DNA of 64,000 nucleotides from Gammaproteobacteria bacterium (GCA_963422205.2 CAXMWX010000003.1:257565-321564); one strand, 5' to 3'; shown: positions 29,067 to 40,156, counted from the stretch's first letter. Notes: generated from the letters alone by a model not told the origin. Made by a program: numbers and translations.

Positions 29067-31943
29067 TTATCGGATCATGTTGCCCAAATGCGCTGTAGCT
29101 GCCTGGGTAACTTCAAGTTTATCTAATTGCAGGGCATCTTCCACCAGTTGATTTTGTTGTAGCTGGTGCAGGCGCATATAACCTGCTGCCGGGGAGGCGG
29201 AATAAAAGCGCCCGGCATAACCGAATTTATGCTGCTCGTTAAGGCAGCCGATCATCGTCCCGCGCGATTGCATATAATACCAACTGCCCTGGTTTTTCGG
29301 CTCTTCCTGCACCCAGACAACTTCGCTTGCGTTTTTGTAGGACTGGATGATCGCTTTCAACTCCTCGCCAGGGAAGGGAAACAGCTGCTCCAAGCGTATG
29401 ATAGCGATATTTTTTATCCCGTTTTCGCGTCTTGCCAGCAGCAGATCGAAATACACCTTGCCGCTACAGATCAACAGGCGGGTGATGTCGCCCTTGGGCA
29501 GCGCATCCGTCTCATCAATAACACACTGGAACCTGCCGTTGATCAGTTGCTCGCATGTGGAGGTGGACAGCTTGTTGCGTAGCAGGCTCTTCGGACTCAT
29601 GACAATCAGGGGCTTGCGGTACGGACGGATGACCTGGCGCCTGAGCAGATGGAACATCTGTGCCGGGGTGCTGGGGAAACAGACCTGCATGTTATCGCGC
29701 GCGCATAATTGCAGGAAACGCTCCAGGCGTGCCGAGGAGTGCTCCGGCCCCTGGCCATCGTAGCCATGCGGCAGCAGCACGGTCAGGCCGCAATAGCGTC
29801 CCCATTTGGCCTCACAGGAGCTGATAAACTGATCGAAGACCACCTGTGCGCCATTGGCAAAATCACCAAACTGTGCCTCCCAGATGACCAGGGCATTGGG
29901 CTCAGAGGAACTGTAGCCGTACTCAAATGCCAGCACGGCCTCCTCAGACAGCGTGGAATTGATCACCAGGAAAGACGGCTGGCCATCTTTGATATGTTGC
30001 AGCGGTAGAAATTTATCGCCATCGGCCTGGTTATGAATGACGGCATGGCGATGAAAAAACGTCCCCCGGCCGCTGTCCTGGCCGGAGATGCGTATCGGGA
30101 AGCCTTCCCCCAGCAGGGCGGCATACGCCAAGTTCTCGGCGAAACCCCAGTCCATATCCAACTCACCGGCGCCCATTTTTGCCCGGTTTTTCAAGATGCG
30201 GGCAACAGTCGGGTGCAGGTCAAAATGTTCAGGGACGGTGGTCAGGATGGCGGTTAATTCGGCGATGGCCGCCGCTGTGATCGCCGTATCCACCGGCGCA
30301 TCCCATGAAGTGTCTCTGAAAGGATCGAAGTTGATCAAATACCGGGTATCGGCATGCGTTGCTTTGGTGCCGGCAACGCTCTGGTTGGACTCCAGTGAAT
30401 CAATGTACGTTGCTGCCATCCGGGTTGCCTCATCGGCATCCACAATGCCTTCCTGGATTAGCTTCTCAGTATAGATGTCGCGCACGTTTTTGTGCTGGCG
30501 TATGGCTTTGTACATGAGCGGCTGGGTGGCCGCCGGTTCATCGGACTCGCTGTGGCCGTGCTTGCGATAACACACCATATCAATGACGACATCTTTTTTG
30601 TATCGGTTGCGAAAATCCAGGGCGATTTTGGCGACATGCACAACGGCCTCTGGATCATCGCCATTGACATGGAAGATCGGCGCCTGCACCATCTTGGCGA
30701 CATCCGTGCAGTACAGGGTGGAACGTGAGTCCAGCGGATCGCTGGTGGTGAAACCGATCTGATTATTGACGATGATATGCACGGTGCCACCCGTGCTGTA
30801 ACCACGGGTCTGCGATAAGTTAAACGTCTCCATCACCACGCCCTGGCCGGCGAAAGCCGCATCGCCGTGGATGATGATGGGCAGGACCTGATTACGGGCC
30901 TTGTCATCACGGCGGTCCTGTCTTGCCCGCACCGAGCCTTCAACCACCGGATCGATGATCTCCAGGTGCGAGGGATTGAACGACAGGGTCAGATGCACCA
31001 CGCCGCCGGCGGTCTGGATGTCTGAAGAATAGCCTAAGTGGTATTTCACATCGCCGGAAGCGGAGTTTTCGATCTCCCCATCAACATGCTTGCCTTCAAA
31101 CTCGCCGAATAACTCATGCGGCAGCTTGCCGATGATGTTGACCAGCACATTTAACCGGCCCCGGTGCGCCATGCCAATCACCGCCTCGCGGACGCCGGCC
31201 TGACCGGCCCCCTGCACGATCTCATCTAACAGGGGGATCAGGGATTCACCACCTTCCAGGGAGAAACGCTTCTGGCCGACGTACTTGGTGTGCAGGTATT
31301 CTTCCAGCGCATTGGCGGCGATGATCCGATCAAGGCAGCGCTTCTTTTTGGCATCATCGAACAACGGCAGGCCCCGGGTCTCTTCCAAGTGCTGTTGTAT
31401 CCAGCGCTTTTGCTCGGTCTCATTGATGTGCATGTACTCAGCGCCAATCCTCTGGCAGTAGGTGGCCTTGACGATGTGGATGATGTCTTTCAGCGGCAGT
31501 TGATCCGGCGCAAACAACGAGCCAGTGTTAAATGCCTGCTCCCTGTCCGCCTCAGTAAAATGGTAATACGCCGGGTCCAGCTCAGGGATTTTTTGTCTGG
31601 CATACTGCTGTAAGGGGTCCAGCTCGGCCTGTTGATGGCCACGAAAACGGTGGGCGTTGATTAACTGTAGCACGGCGGCCTGTTTTTTGTTATCGATGGC
31701 CTGCGGGGCGCCTGGCCGCGGCATGGCGATTTGTGGTTTGTTCTTGCTCGCGGCGTTAAGAAAAAATGCCTGCACCCTGGAATGGGCGACATCGGTTCCA
31801 TTGGGCTCGGCCTCGGTCATGCGGCGAAAATAATCCTGCCATTGTTGGGCGAGTGCGGCGGGATTCTCCAGATATTGCTCATACAGGGCTTCGATAAAGG
31901 CCGCATTGCCGCTGTACAAACAGGACGGACCGGGGTTGCTCAT
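29067..31943 (-). CDS. sucA: 2-oxoglutarate dehydrogenase E1
   Basis: KRFSLEG, GMAHRGRLN, HGDAAFAGQG, WEAQFGDF, GPEHSSARLER. Confidence 0.98.
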   Translation of the reverse strand: MSNPGPSCLYSGNAAFIEALYEQYLENPAALAQQWQDYFRRMTEAEPNGTDVAHSRVQAFFLNAASKNKPQIAMPRPGAPQAIDNKKQAAVLQLINAHRFRGHQQAELDPLQQYARQKIPELDPAYYHFTEADREQAFNTGSLFAPDQLPLKDIIHIVKATYCQRIGAEYMHINETEQKRWIQQHLEETRGLPLFDDAKKKRCLDRIIAANALEEYLHTKYVGQKRFSLEGGESLIPLLDEIVQGAGQAGVREAVIGMAHRGRLNVLVNIIGKLPHELFGEFEGKHVDGEIENSASGDVKYHLGYSSDIQTAGGVVHLTLSFNPSHLEIIDPVVEGSVRARQDRRDDKARNQVLPIIIHGDAAFAGQGVVMETFNLSQTRGYSTGGTVHIIVNNQIGFTTSDPLDSRSTLYCTDVAKMVQAPIFHVNGDDPEAVVHVAKIALDFRNRYKKDVVIDMVCYRKHGHSESDEPAATQPLMYKAIRQHKNVRDIYTEKLIQEGIVDADEATRMAATYIDSLESNQSVAGTKATHADTRYLINFDPFRDTSWDAPVDTAITAAAIAELTAILTTVPEHFDLHPTVARILKNRAKMGAGELDMDWGFAENLAYAALLGEGFPIRISGQDSGRGTFFHRHAVIHNQADGDKFLPLQHIKDGQPSFLVINSTLSEEAVLAFEYGYSSSEPNALVIWEAQFGDFANGAQVVFDQFISSCEAKWGRYCGLTVLLPHGYDGQGPEHSSARLERFLQLCARDNMQVCFPSTPAQMFHLLRRQVIRPYRKPLIVMSPKSLLRNKLSTSTCEQLINGRFQCVIDETDALPKGDITRLLICSGKVYFDLLLARRENGIKNIAIIRLEQLFPFPGEELKAIIQSYKNASEVVWVQEEPKNQGSWYYMQSRGTMIGCLNEQHKFGYAGRFYSASPAAGYMRLHQLQQNQLVEDALQLDKLEVTQAATAHLGNMIR

Positions 31944-32248
31944 CGTTCTTCTCCGCTATGTTGGGTCATGGGTACACGGGGTGTATCGGCTGAAATTTCT
32001 GCAATTTATGCGTTGTTTTCGTTATCTCAAGCACCAGGCGATGGGTATTTTAGCCGCTGCCGGCAAAACTTTAAGGCCCCCAAGTGTAAACTATACGCCT
32101 GTTTTATCCTATTATCTCCTGCCAGCATTGCCTGGAAATTTGCCTTATGACTTGCGATGACTTCTGTCTGGCCTGTATGCTGTCAGTCTTGCATAATAAT
32201 AACACTGGGGTCAGGACTCCAGATGAGAAGCCGCCAAGGGAGGTAGAG

Positions 32249-33538
32249 ATGTCCAGAACAGTCACCATTACTGATAATGAGACCGGCAAGCAGATTGAAT
32301 GCCCGGTCGCCGTGGGTACTTACGGTGCGCCGGTCATCAATACCAAAAAGCTGTACAGCGAGCTGGGTATGTTTACCTACGATCCCGGCTATGCGACCAC
32401 CGCCAGTTGCCAAAGCGCCATTACCTATCTTGATGGCGAGCAAGGCATTCTCATGCACCGGGGCTACTCCATTGAAGATCTGGCCGAGCACAGTCATTTT
32501 CTTGAAGTCGCTTATTTGCTTATTCATGGGGAATTACCCACCGCCAAGGAAATGCAGGAGTGGGATCATGCGATCAAAATGCACACCATGACCCACGAAC
32601 ACCTGTCGCGCTTCTATAATGGCTACCGCTATGATGCCCATCCCATGTCCATCATGGCCGGGGTGACCAGTGCTGTGGCCTCTTATTATCATGATGCGAC
32701 CGATATTCATGATCCGGCAAGTCGGCTGGTCACCGCCAGGCGCATTATTGCCAAGATGCCTAATATTGCTTCGAAGTGCTATCGCTATGCCTCTGGCCTG
32801 CCATTCGTCTACCCGGATAATAATCGCGGTTATGTGGAAAATTTCATGTACATGACGTTTTCCTGGCCCTCGGAAGAGTATGTGCCCTCGCCCGTGGCCG
32901 TGCGGGCGCTGGAATTGCTGTTTATCCTGCATGCCGATCATGAGCAGAATGCCAGTACCTCCACTGTGCGTCTGGCCGGCAGTTCCGAGAGTAATCCCTA
33001 TGCCTGTATCGCCGCTGGCATTGTCACCTTGTGGGGCCGGGCGCACGGCGGGGCCAATGAGGCAGTGATACGGATGTTGGAAGAGATAGCAGAGCTTAAA
33101 CACATTCCGGCGTTTATTGCACGTGCCAAAGACAAAGATGATCCGTTCAGGCTGATGGGGTTTGGTCATCGTGTGTACAAGAATTATGATCCCAGGGCGA
33201 AGATCATCCACACGGCCTGTCATGATCTGTTGCAGGAGATGAGCCTTAACCAGCCATTGTTTGAAATTGCCATGGAGTTGGAAAGAATTGCCCTGGAGGA
33301 TGAATATTTTATCGAACGCAAACTGTATCCCAATGTTGATTTTTATTCCGGGTTGATATATCAGGCATTGCGGATTCCAACCTCCATGTTCACGGTCATG
33401 TTTGCCCTGGCGCGCAGTGCCGGCTGGATAGCCCAATGGATGGAGTTCCTGGGGGATGAGGAATTTCGCATTGGCCGGCCGCGGCAGCTCTACACTGGTG
33501 CAGAGGCACGTGCGTATGTGCCGGTTGATAAACGGTAA
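32249..33538 (+). CDS. gltA: Citrate synthase (type II)
   Basis: [48 protein letters not shown]; start at ATG 32249 after GGGAGG. Confidence 0.98.
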   Translation: MSRTVTITDNETGKQIECPVAVGTYGAPVINTKKLYSELGMFTYDPGYATTASCQSAITYLDGEQGILMHRGYSIEDLAEHSHFLEVAYLLIHGELPTAKEMQEWDHAIKMHTMTHEHLSRFYNGYRYDAHPMSIMAGVTSAVASYYHDATDIHDPASRLVTARRIIAKMPNIASKCYRYASGLPFVYPDNNRGYVENFMYMTFSWPSEEYVPSPVAVRALELLFILHADHEQNASTSTVRLAGSSESNPYACIAAGIVTLWGRAHGGANEAVIRMLEEIAELKHIPAFIARAKDKDDPFRLMGFGHRVYKNYDPRAKIIHTACHDLLQEMSLNQPLFEIAMELERIALEDEYFIERKLYPNVDFYSGLIYQALRIPTSMFTVMFALARSAGWIAQWMEFLGDEEFRIGRPRQLYTGAEARAYVPVDKR

Positions 33539-33591
33539 TTAAGATAACACCCCCCCGACCAGATCATCTATTAACCAGGAGTTATACAGCC

Positions 33592-34572
33592 ATGAAGACC
33601 CCCGTTCGTGTTGCGGTGACCGGTGCCGCCGGGCAAATCGGTTACGCGTTATTATTCAGAATTGCCGCCGGTGCATTCCTGGGTAAAGATCAGCCTGTCA
33701 TTTTACAACTGCTTGAGGTCACGCCGGCCCTGAAGGCCTTGCAGGGCGTGGTGATGGAGCTCTATGACTGTGCTTTTCCCTGTCTGCACGAGATAACGAG
33801 CAGCGATGATCCGAATGTTGCGCTTAAGGATACAGATTATGCCTTTCTTGTTGGCGCCAAGCCGCGCGGCCCGGGGATGGAAAGGGCGGATTTACTGATC
33901 GGTAATGCCGCTATTTTTGCAGCACAGGGCAAGGCGTTGAACGATCACGCCAGCCGTGATGTGCGGGTGATCGTGGTGGGTAATCCGGCGAACACGAATG
34001 CCTTGATTACGATGCACAATGCACCTGCTATTAATCCGGCACAGATCACGGCGATGATGCGCCTGGATCACAATCGTGCCCTGGCGCAGTTGGCGGCGAA
34101 GACGGGCCGGCCGGTTGCCATGATTAAACACATCACTGTCTGGGGTAACCATTCAACCACGCAGTATCCAGACCTGCATCATGCCGTGGTCGATGGAACA
34201 CCAGCGATGGAACTGGTTGAGCAGCACTGGTATGAGTCAGAGTACATTCCACGAGTTGCCAGGCGCGGTGCTGAAATTATTGATGCACGCGGTGCTTCCA
34301 GTGCGGCATCGGCGGCCAGTGCGGCCATAGATCACATGCGTGACTGGGCTTATGGCACGGCAGATGACGACTGCACCAGCATGGCCGTGCCAAGTGATGG
34401 CTCTTATGGTATCGCCGAGGGCATTGTGTATTCTTTCCCGGTGCGTTGTCGCCATGGTGCGTATGAGATTGTGCAGGGGCGTGATATCAATCCATTCTCT
34501 CATGCCAGGATGCGTACAACTGAACAGGAACTGCACCAGGAGAGAGAAGCCATAAAACATCTGCTGGCTTAA
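33592..34572 (+). CDS. mdh: Malate dehydrogenase (MDH type 2)
   Basis: [51 protein letters not shown]. Confidence 0.96.
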   Translation: MKTPVRVAVTGAAGQIGYALLFRIAAGAFLGKDQPVILQLLEVTPALKALQGVVMELYDCAFPCLHEITSSDDPNVALKDTDYAFLVGAKPRGPGMERADLLIGNAAIFAAQGKALNDHASRDVRVIVVGNPANTNALITMHNAPAINPAQITAMMRLDHNRALAQLAAKTGRPVAMIKHITVWGNHSTTQYPDLHHAVVDGTPAMELVEQHWYESEYIPRVARRGAEIIDARGASSAASAASAAIDHMRDWAYGTADDDCTSMAVPSDGSYGIAEGIVYSFPVRCRHGAYEIVQGRDINPFSHARMRTTEQELHQEREAIKHLLA

Positions 34573-34595
34573 CGCGCCCACGCCCGAACACAGCG

Positions 34596-35090
34596 ATGAA
34601 GGACAAACAAGCCAATATTGATGCACAGGGATACCGGGCAAATGTCGCCATCGCTATCTGTAACCAACAGGGGCAATTATTCTGGGGCAAGCGCCTGGGT
34701 ATGGATGCCTGGCAGTTTCCACAGGGCGGCGTCAAGCGGCATGAGTCCACGGAAGCGGCGATGTATCGTGAGTTGCACGAGGAGACCGGCCTGCGGCCTG
34801 AGCATGTTCAGGTGTTGGGGGCAACGCAGGGCTGGCTTCGCTACCGGTTGCCGAGGCGGTATATTCGTAAAAATTCTTCTCCGCGCTGCATTGGGCAAAA
34901 GCAGATCTGGTATCTGCTAAGACTCATCGGCCATGAGAGTGCGGTTGATCTGGCTTCATGCGGGCAACCTGAGTTTGATGGCTGGCGCTGGATAGATTTC
35001 TGGCAGCCGGTTGATGAGGTGGTCGCCTTTAAGCGAGGTGTCTACAAGCGCGCGCTGACGGAATTAAACCATTTGCTCCAGCGTACATGA
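34596..35090 (+). CDS. rppH: RNA pyrophosphohydrolase
   Basis: GYRANV, WQFPQGG..E..AMYRELHEETGL Nudix box, IGQKQIW, FKRGVY. Confidence 0.95.
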   Translation: MKDKQANIDAQGYRANVAIAICNQQGQLFWGKRLGMDAWQFPQGGVKRHESTEAAMYRELHEETGLRPEHVQVLGATQGWLRYRLPRRYIRKNSSPRCIGQKQIWYLLRLIGHESAVDLASCGQPEFDGWRWIDFWQPVDEVVAFKRGVYKRALTELNHLLQRT

Positions 35091-35162
35091 TGACTGCCGG
35101 TTGCCTGCGATCCCAGGATCGTTCCAGGGGGTGGCGGGGATGATGGTATGGCATGATAAGGA

Positions 35163-35579
35163 TCAGCTGGCCGGTGGCGGTGCCGTCCGGTTGGATTTCT
35201 CCATCATTAACAAGGGCAGCAAGCGGCGGATGGATCGCCCTTTGATTTGCTCAAGCATGCCTTTATAGAAGTCCGGGTGAATCTTTTTCTCTGCCAGTTG
35301 CTCATCCAGCCGCTGTAGCACAGGTGTGCATTTGTCCACGGCCAAACCGGCGATCTTGCGAACATCGTCATGGCTGTCGAGAAGTTCCAGTGACGATTGC
35401 TGGATGCAGACAGTAAAGCGGCTGTTGGCCTCGGTGACAAGCTGTACATCCTCTGCGGTCAAGCTGCGCCGCCCCATATCAGCAGCCACAGCAGTCAAGG
35501 CAATGCACAATAAGGCGGCCCCGGAACAGCAGGCGTACAGATACTGCTGCCGTTTTTTCGGGCAGGCCGGCGTTATCAT
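35163..35579 (-). CDS. Hypothetical exported protein
   Basis: Signal-peptide-like N-terminus (..ALTAVAA|D); ATGA overlap with the dps stop. Confidence 0.6.
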   Translation of the reverse strand: MITPACPKKRQQYLYACCSGAALLCIALTAVAADMGRRSLTAEDVQLVTEANSRFTVCIQQSSLELLDSHDDVRKIAGLAVDKCTPVLQRLDEQLAEKKIHPDFYKGMLEQIKGRSIRRLLPLLMMEKSNRTAPPPAS

Positions 35580-36046
35580 TCCAGCAGGCTTCTCAGCATC
35601 CAGGCATTTTTCTCGTGGATCTGCATTCTCTGGGTCAGCAGGTCGGCGGTCGGCTCATCATTGGCCGCCTCGACCACCGGAAAAATACGCCGTGCTGTCT
35701 TGACCACGGCTTCCTGACCGCTGACCAGTTGCCTGATCATCGCCGTTGCATCCAGCTTGTCGGTGGCCTCTGCTATGCTTGACAGTTCAGCGAATTGTTT
35801 ATACGAACCGGGGGCGATACACCCTAAGGCCCGGATGCGCTCGGCAATCTCATCAACCGCCGTGGCCAATTCGGTATAATGCTGCTCAAACAGTGTGTGT
35901 AATGTGGAGAACATCGGCCCGGTGACATTCCAGTGAAAATTATGCGTCTTCAAATACAAGGTGTAACTATCGGCCAGCAAGTGTGATAAACCCGCAGCAA
36001 TCTGTTCTCTTTCTGCGGCGGGTATCCCAATATCTATGTCCATCAT
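35576..36046 (-). CDS. dps: Dps DNA starvation/stationary-phase protection protein
   Basis: LYLKTHNFHWNVTGP, LHTLFE, DEIAERIRALG, HEKNAWML; AGGAGG RBS before 36046. Confidence 0.96.
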   Translation of the reverse strand: MMDIDIGIPAAEREQIAAGLSHLLADSYTLYLKTHNFHWNVTGPMFSTLHTLFEQHYTELATAVDEIAERIRALGCIAPGSYKQFAELSSIAEATDKLDATAMIRQLVSGQEAVVKTARRIFPVVEAANDEPTADLLTQRMQIHEKNAWMLRSLLE

Positions 36047-36166
36047 GATTTTCCTCCTGACGGGGTTTGCGATTATTGTAACGTATAACAACGCTCAAGT
36101 GCGGCTTATCTACCCGTTCAAATGAGCGCAGGATTAAAATACCGCAATATACGGTACACTAGCCCT

Positions 36167-36697
36167 ATGATTAACGGCCTCAAAGTGCTTGCCCTGGTGT
36201 TTTTACAGATCTGCCTGTTGCGAAGAGCACCGCAGGATATCCCGGCCTCATCGCTGCTGCTGGCGATGACCTTGCTGCTGCATTTTTTATTCACCGTGCT
36301 GGCGGCGATGCTCGATCCAAACCCGCAGCAGGTGATGCTGATAGCCGTGATTGAGTGTCTGTGCCTGCTGGCGTTTGTTTATGTGGTGTTGCTGTTACGC
36401 TCCCGCACGAACAGGTGGCAGCAAACCGTGACCGCTTTGGTTGGCACCGGGATAATCATCAAGCTCATTTTTTTTCCTGTGCTGATGTTGCTGCCTGGGG
36501 GCGGTGGTTTGCATGAGACGCCCACGTCAGTGATGTGGGCAGTGTGGTTGCTGTCTTTGTGGGGTTTGCTGGTGCTGGCGCATATTTTCCGGCATGCCTT
36601 GTCTGTACCGTTTATCCTCGGTGCGGCGGTAGCCATTGCTTACTGTGCTGTCAATGTGACGGCGATTTCCCAAGCGCTTAACTGGACAGCGACATGA
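36167..36697 (+). CDS. Conserved hypothetical membrane protein
   Basis: About five hydrophobic helices, PQDIPAS, RW.QT.TAL.G, HIFRHAL; ATGA overlap with mpl. Confidence 0.75.
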   Translation: MINGLKVLALVFLQICLLRRAPQDIPASSLLLAMTLLLHFLFTVLAAMLDPNPQQVMLIAVIECLCLLAFVYVVLLLRSRTNRWQQTVTALVGTGIIIKLIFFPVLMLLPGGGGLHETPTSVMWAVWLLSLWGLLVLAHIFRHALSVPFILGAAVAIAYCAVNVTAISQALNWTAT

Positions 36698-38043
36698 GGC
36701 TGCATATCCTGGGTATTTGCGGTACGTTTATGGGCGGGCTGGCCAGGCTGGCCAAGGCTTCAGGCCATCAGGTAACAGGCAGCGATGCCGATGTGTATCC
36801 GCCGATGAGTGAGCAGTTGCACACCGCCGGGATCACGATTCATCCTGGCTATCAACCTGAAGCTATTCCGAAAGACGTTGATCAGGTGATTATTGGCAAC
36901 GCCTTGTCACGTGCCAATCCGGCGGTTGAGTATGTTCTTGATAACGACATACCCTATATCTCCGGCCCGCAGTGGCTGGCTGAAAATATTTTACGCAACC
37001 GCCATGTCCTGGCGGTCAGCGGCACCCACGGCAAGACCACGACCGCCAGTATATTGGCCTGGCTATTGGAGGCAAATGGCAAAAAGCCAGGGTTTTTGAT
37101 CGGCGGTGTGGCTGAGAATTTCGGTGTCTCTGCACGCCTGGGAGAGTCGGGTTTATTCGTAATCGAGGCGGATGAATATGACAGCGCTTTTTTCGACAAG
37201 CGTTCCAAGTTCATCCATTACAAACCGAAGACACTGATCATCACGAATATTGACTTTGATCATGCGGATATTTTTCGTGATCTGGACAGCATCCTTGATC
37301 AGTTTCATCATCTGGTTCGGATTGTGCCGGCAAACGGTCAGATTATCATCAACACGGATATGCGCCCCTGCCTGAGGCTACTGGAGAGGGGCAGTTGGAG
37401 TCGGCTGATTAGCTTCGGTGAGTCTGCTGATGAATGGTGCCTGGCTGAAGCCAATGCCGAGTATTCGGCATTTACAGTACAGCATCAGTTGCGATCAGTC
37501 GCTGAGGTAAGCTGGCCACTGCTTGGCAGCCACAATGCCTTAAATGCGCTGGCGGCGATGATTGCCGCCCGGCAGGTGGGTGTGACGCCGGCCTCCGCCG
37601 CCGTTGCGCTGGCAGGATTTAAGGGCGTTAAAAGACGGTTGCAGAAGCTGGCAGTGATCAAAGGCGTGCATCTGTACGATGATTTTGCCCATCACCCGAC
37701 GGCAATCCGGCTGACATTGCAGGCCTTGCGTGCACATATCAGCGGCGGCAGAATAATTGCGGTGCTGGAGCCTCGTTCCAACACCATGAAGATGGGAAGA
37801 CACAGGCACACGTTAGCGGCGGCGCTTGAGGGTGCAGACTGCATCTGTGTATATCAACCGGCCAACCTGGGCTGGGACTTGTCCGAAGCGATGAATGGCA
37901 TCCAGCACAAGTGCAGCATCCATGCCGATGTGCAGGAGATCATTGATGCCCTGCAACTGACGCTGAGGACCAACGATCATGTCATCATCATGAGTAACGG
38001 CAGCTTTGATAATCTGCATCAGCGCCTGTTGGAGAGCTTGTGA
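36694..38043 (+). CDS. mpl: Murein peptide ligase
   Basis: LHILGICGTFMGG, SGTHGKTTT, EADEYDSAFFDKRSKF, DDFAHHPTAI, EPRSNTM. Confidence 0.97.
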   Translation: MRLHILGICGTFMGGLARLAKASGHQVTGSDADVYPPMSEQLHTAGITIHPGYQPEAIPKDVDQVIIGNALSRANPAVEYVLDNDIPYISGPQWLAENILRNRHVLAVSGTHGKTTTASILAWLLEANGKKPGFLIGGVAENFGVSARLGESGLFVIEADEYDSAFFDKRSKFIHYKPKTLIITNIDFDHADIFRDLDSILDQFHHLVRIVPANGQIIINTDMRPCLRLLERGSWSRLISFGESADEWCLAEANAEYSAFTVQHQLRSVAEVSWPLLGSHNALNALAAMIAARQVGVTPASAAVALAGFKGVKRRLQKLAVIKGVHLYDDFAHHPTAIRLTLQALRAHISGGRIIAVLEPRSNTMKMGRHRHTLAAALEGADCICVYQPANLGWDLSEAMNGIQHKCSIHADVQEIIDALQLTLRTNDHVIIMSNGSFDNLHQRLLESL

Positions 38044-38645
38044 AGCGCCTGCCGGTCTTTCCGCTCTCTACCGTGCTTTATCCTCACGCCTTGCTGCCGT
38101 TGCGGATATTTGAAACACGTTATGTGGATATGGTCAGCGACTGCCTGAAGAACGGATCAGGTTTTGGCGTTTGTCTGATAAAGCAGGGTCAGGAGACAGG
38201 CGCGGCGGCGCACTGCTTTGCTCTCGGCACCTGTGCTGAGATCATCGACTGGACGCAATGTGACGATGGGCTGTTGGGTATTATGGTAACAGGCACGCGG
38301 CGGTTTCGGGTGCTGGATAAAACAGTCAGAAAAGATAAGCTGATTGTGGGAGAGGTTGAATGGCTGGATGAGGCGCACGAGGGGGTGGAATTGCCGGGTT
38401 TGGAGATCATCAAGCAGGTGTATACGGATATTCTGGACAACTATGATACGCCTTACAGTCAGGATAAGGCAGATGCGTCCGCAGCGGTGGCATGTTATCG
38501 GCTGGCGGATTTGCTGCCCATTGATATGATGATAAAACAGCATATCCTTGAAGCCCCTGATCTGCAAACACGCATAGAGATATTGCTCGCTGTGCTGAAG
38601 AATGCCGTGCTTGCCAGGGCTAATCAGCGTTCCCGGCTGATGTGA
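38040..38645 (+). CDS. LON peptidase substrate-binding (N-terminal) domain protein
   Basis: LPVFPL..VLYP..LPLRIFETRY.DMV..C; no ATPase or protease domain. Confidence 0.88.
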   Translation: MKRLPVFPLSTVLYPHALLPLRIFETRYVDMVSDCLKNGSGFGVCLIKQGQETGAAAHCFALGTCAEIIDWTQCDDGLLGIMVTGTRRFRVLDKTVRKDKLIVGEVEWLDEAHEGVELPGLEIIKQVYTDILDNYDTPYSQDKADASAAVACYRLADLLPIDMMIKQHILEAPDLQTRIEILLAVLKNAVLARANQRSRLM

Positions 38646-38661
38646 AATAAGGGATCACGCT

Positions 38662-39246
38662 ATGCAATACGACAGGGGAACGATTAACCCGCCGTATATT
38701 TACGGCCTGATCCCGTTTATCTATATCGCCGAATCCTTGCAGCTTGTGTTGTATATCAGTGCCATGCTGGTGGTGTTATTCTTGCTCTGTATGCTCACTG
38801 TCCATCTATGCCGTGATGTTATTCTCTATAACAATAAATATCTTTTTTTTGCGCTGATCAGCACCGCCTGGGTGAGTATATTTTCCCTGCTGCTTGAAGC
38901 CTGGTTTTATCCGTTCAAGCAAAGCCTGGCCGTATACCTGTTTATTCTGCCGATGAATACGACCCTGGTGTGTTGTCTGGATGATTGCCTGCACAGGCAG
39001 CATCGCCGCCTGTGCAAGCCAGCCATTATTTGTGCAGCCGGTGCGCTGTTATTTGCGCTGCTGCGCGAACTCTTATCAACCGGAGCGGTGCAGTTACGCC
39101 TGCCTTTCGCCCGGCCAGACAGCGCTGTGCTGTGTGTGCTTGGCTGTGATGTGCAGGCAGGGATTTCACTCTTCGCCTACAGTGCCGGCGGCCTGCTGCT
39201 GGCGGGCGTGCTGTTAGCCATCTTTAATAAACTCACCGCCGAGTAA
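38662..39246 (+). CDS. Divergent RnfE/RsxE-like membrane protein
   Basis: Hydrophobic pattern and motifs QSLAVYL, LRELLSTG, AGGLLLAG align with RsxE (QSLGIFI, LREIIGNG, PGAFIGLG); directly upstream of nth, as in rsxE-nth synteny. Confidence 0.65.
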   Translation: MQYDRGTINPPYIYGLIPFIYIAESLQLVLYISAMLVVLFLLCMLTVHLCRDVILYNNKYLFFALISTAWVSIFSLLLEAWFYPFKQSLAVYLFILPMNTTLVCCLDDCLHRQHRRLCKPAIICAAGALLFALLRELLSTGAVQLRLPFARPDSAVLCVLGCDVQAGISLFAYSAGGLLLAGVLLAIFNKLTAE

Positions 39247-39332
39247 GCGTAATTCGGTGGTGCTGTGCCGCCGCTGTTTGCCCGGCGGTATTGTCACAGA
39301 CAAGCCAGGAGAGAGAGCCAGGGGGGAGAGTA

Positions 39333-39971
39333 GTGAACAAAAAGCAGCGAGTGCATATTTTTACCCGGCTATCTGCCCAACACCCGGAGCCCACAACTGA
39401 GCTGGATTATCAAAATACGTTTCAGTTGTTAATCGCCGTCATCTTATCTGCCCAGGCCACCGATGTCAGTGTCAACCGGGCAACGAGCACGCTGTTTGCG
39501 CTTGCAGGCACGCCTGAGGAGATGCTGGCGCTGGGTCTTAAAGGCTTGAAAAAATATATCAAAACCATTGGCCTGTATAACACCAAGGCGGCGAATATCA
39601 TCAACACATGTCAGCACCTGATCGATGAGCATAACAGCGAAGTTCCCGGGGACCGGGAGTCGCTGGAGAGATTACCTGGCGTTGGTAGAAAAACCGCCAA
39701 TGTCATTTTAAACACAGCATTTGGCCTGCCGGTGATTGCTGTTGATACCCATATTTTTCGCCTTGCCAACCGCACGGGACTTGCCCCGGGCAAAAATGTC
39801 AGGGAGGTTGAAGAGCGGCTGATGCAGTCTGTGCCGGATGAGTTCAAGCAGCATGCACATCACTGGCTGATATTACATGGGCGCTACACCTGTCTGGCAC
39901 GCAAGCCCAAATGCGGGGCATGTTGTATCTATCAATACTGTGAATGGCCGGATAAAAAAGACTCTCGCTGA
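39333..39971 (+). CDS. nth: Endonuclease III
   Basis: LLIAVILSAQATD, LPGVGRKTANV HhH, AVDTHIFR, C-X6-C-X2-C-X5-C cluster; probable GTG start. Confidence 0.97.
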   Translation: MNKKQRVHIFTRLSAQHPEPTTELDYQNTFQLLIAVILSAQATDVSVNRATSTLFALAGTPEEMLALGLKGLKKYIKTIGLYNTKAANIINTCQHLIDEHNSEVPGDRESLERLPGVGRKTANVILNTAFGLPVIAVDTHIFRLANRTGLAPGKNVREVEERLMQSVPDEFKQHAHHWLILHGRYTCLARKPKCGACCIYQYCEWPDKKDSR

Positions 39972-40156
39972 TGCAGGCGACAGACCCGTGACAGTCTGGG
40001 TTAGACCAGCCGGTTAGACAAAGAAAATACGATGTCAGCGACAGGGATTGGGGCCGGGAAGGCCCTTGGCTTGATGGCCGCCCATGAACGGTAGCGGGCG
40101 ATTAGACCATGGGCAGTCAAGCAGCACAGGTGTTTGCCTTTTTGCCCGGCAGAGCG

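Noticed and set aside
32534-33436. 300-aa minus-strand ORF, and similar ORFs opposite lpdA, purF, phaA and mutS
   Set aside because: Fully overlap well-conserved housekeeping genes and show no motifs.
39995-40110. GGTTAGAC repeated in the nth/FHA convergent gap
   Set aside because: Only 8 bp, irregularly spaced and downstream of both genes; no supportable function.
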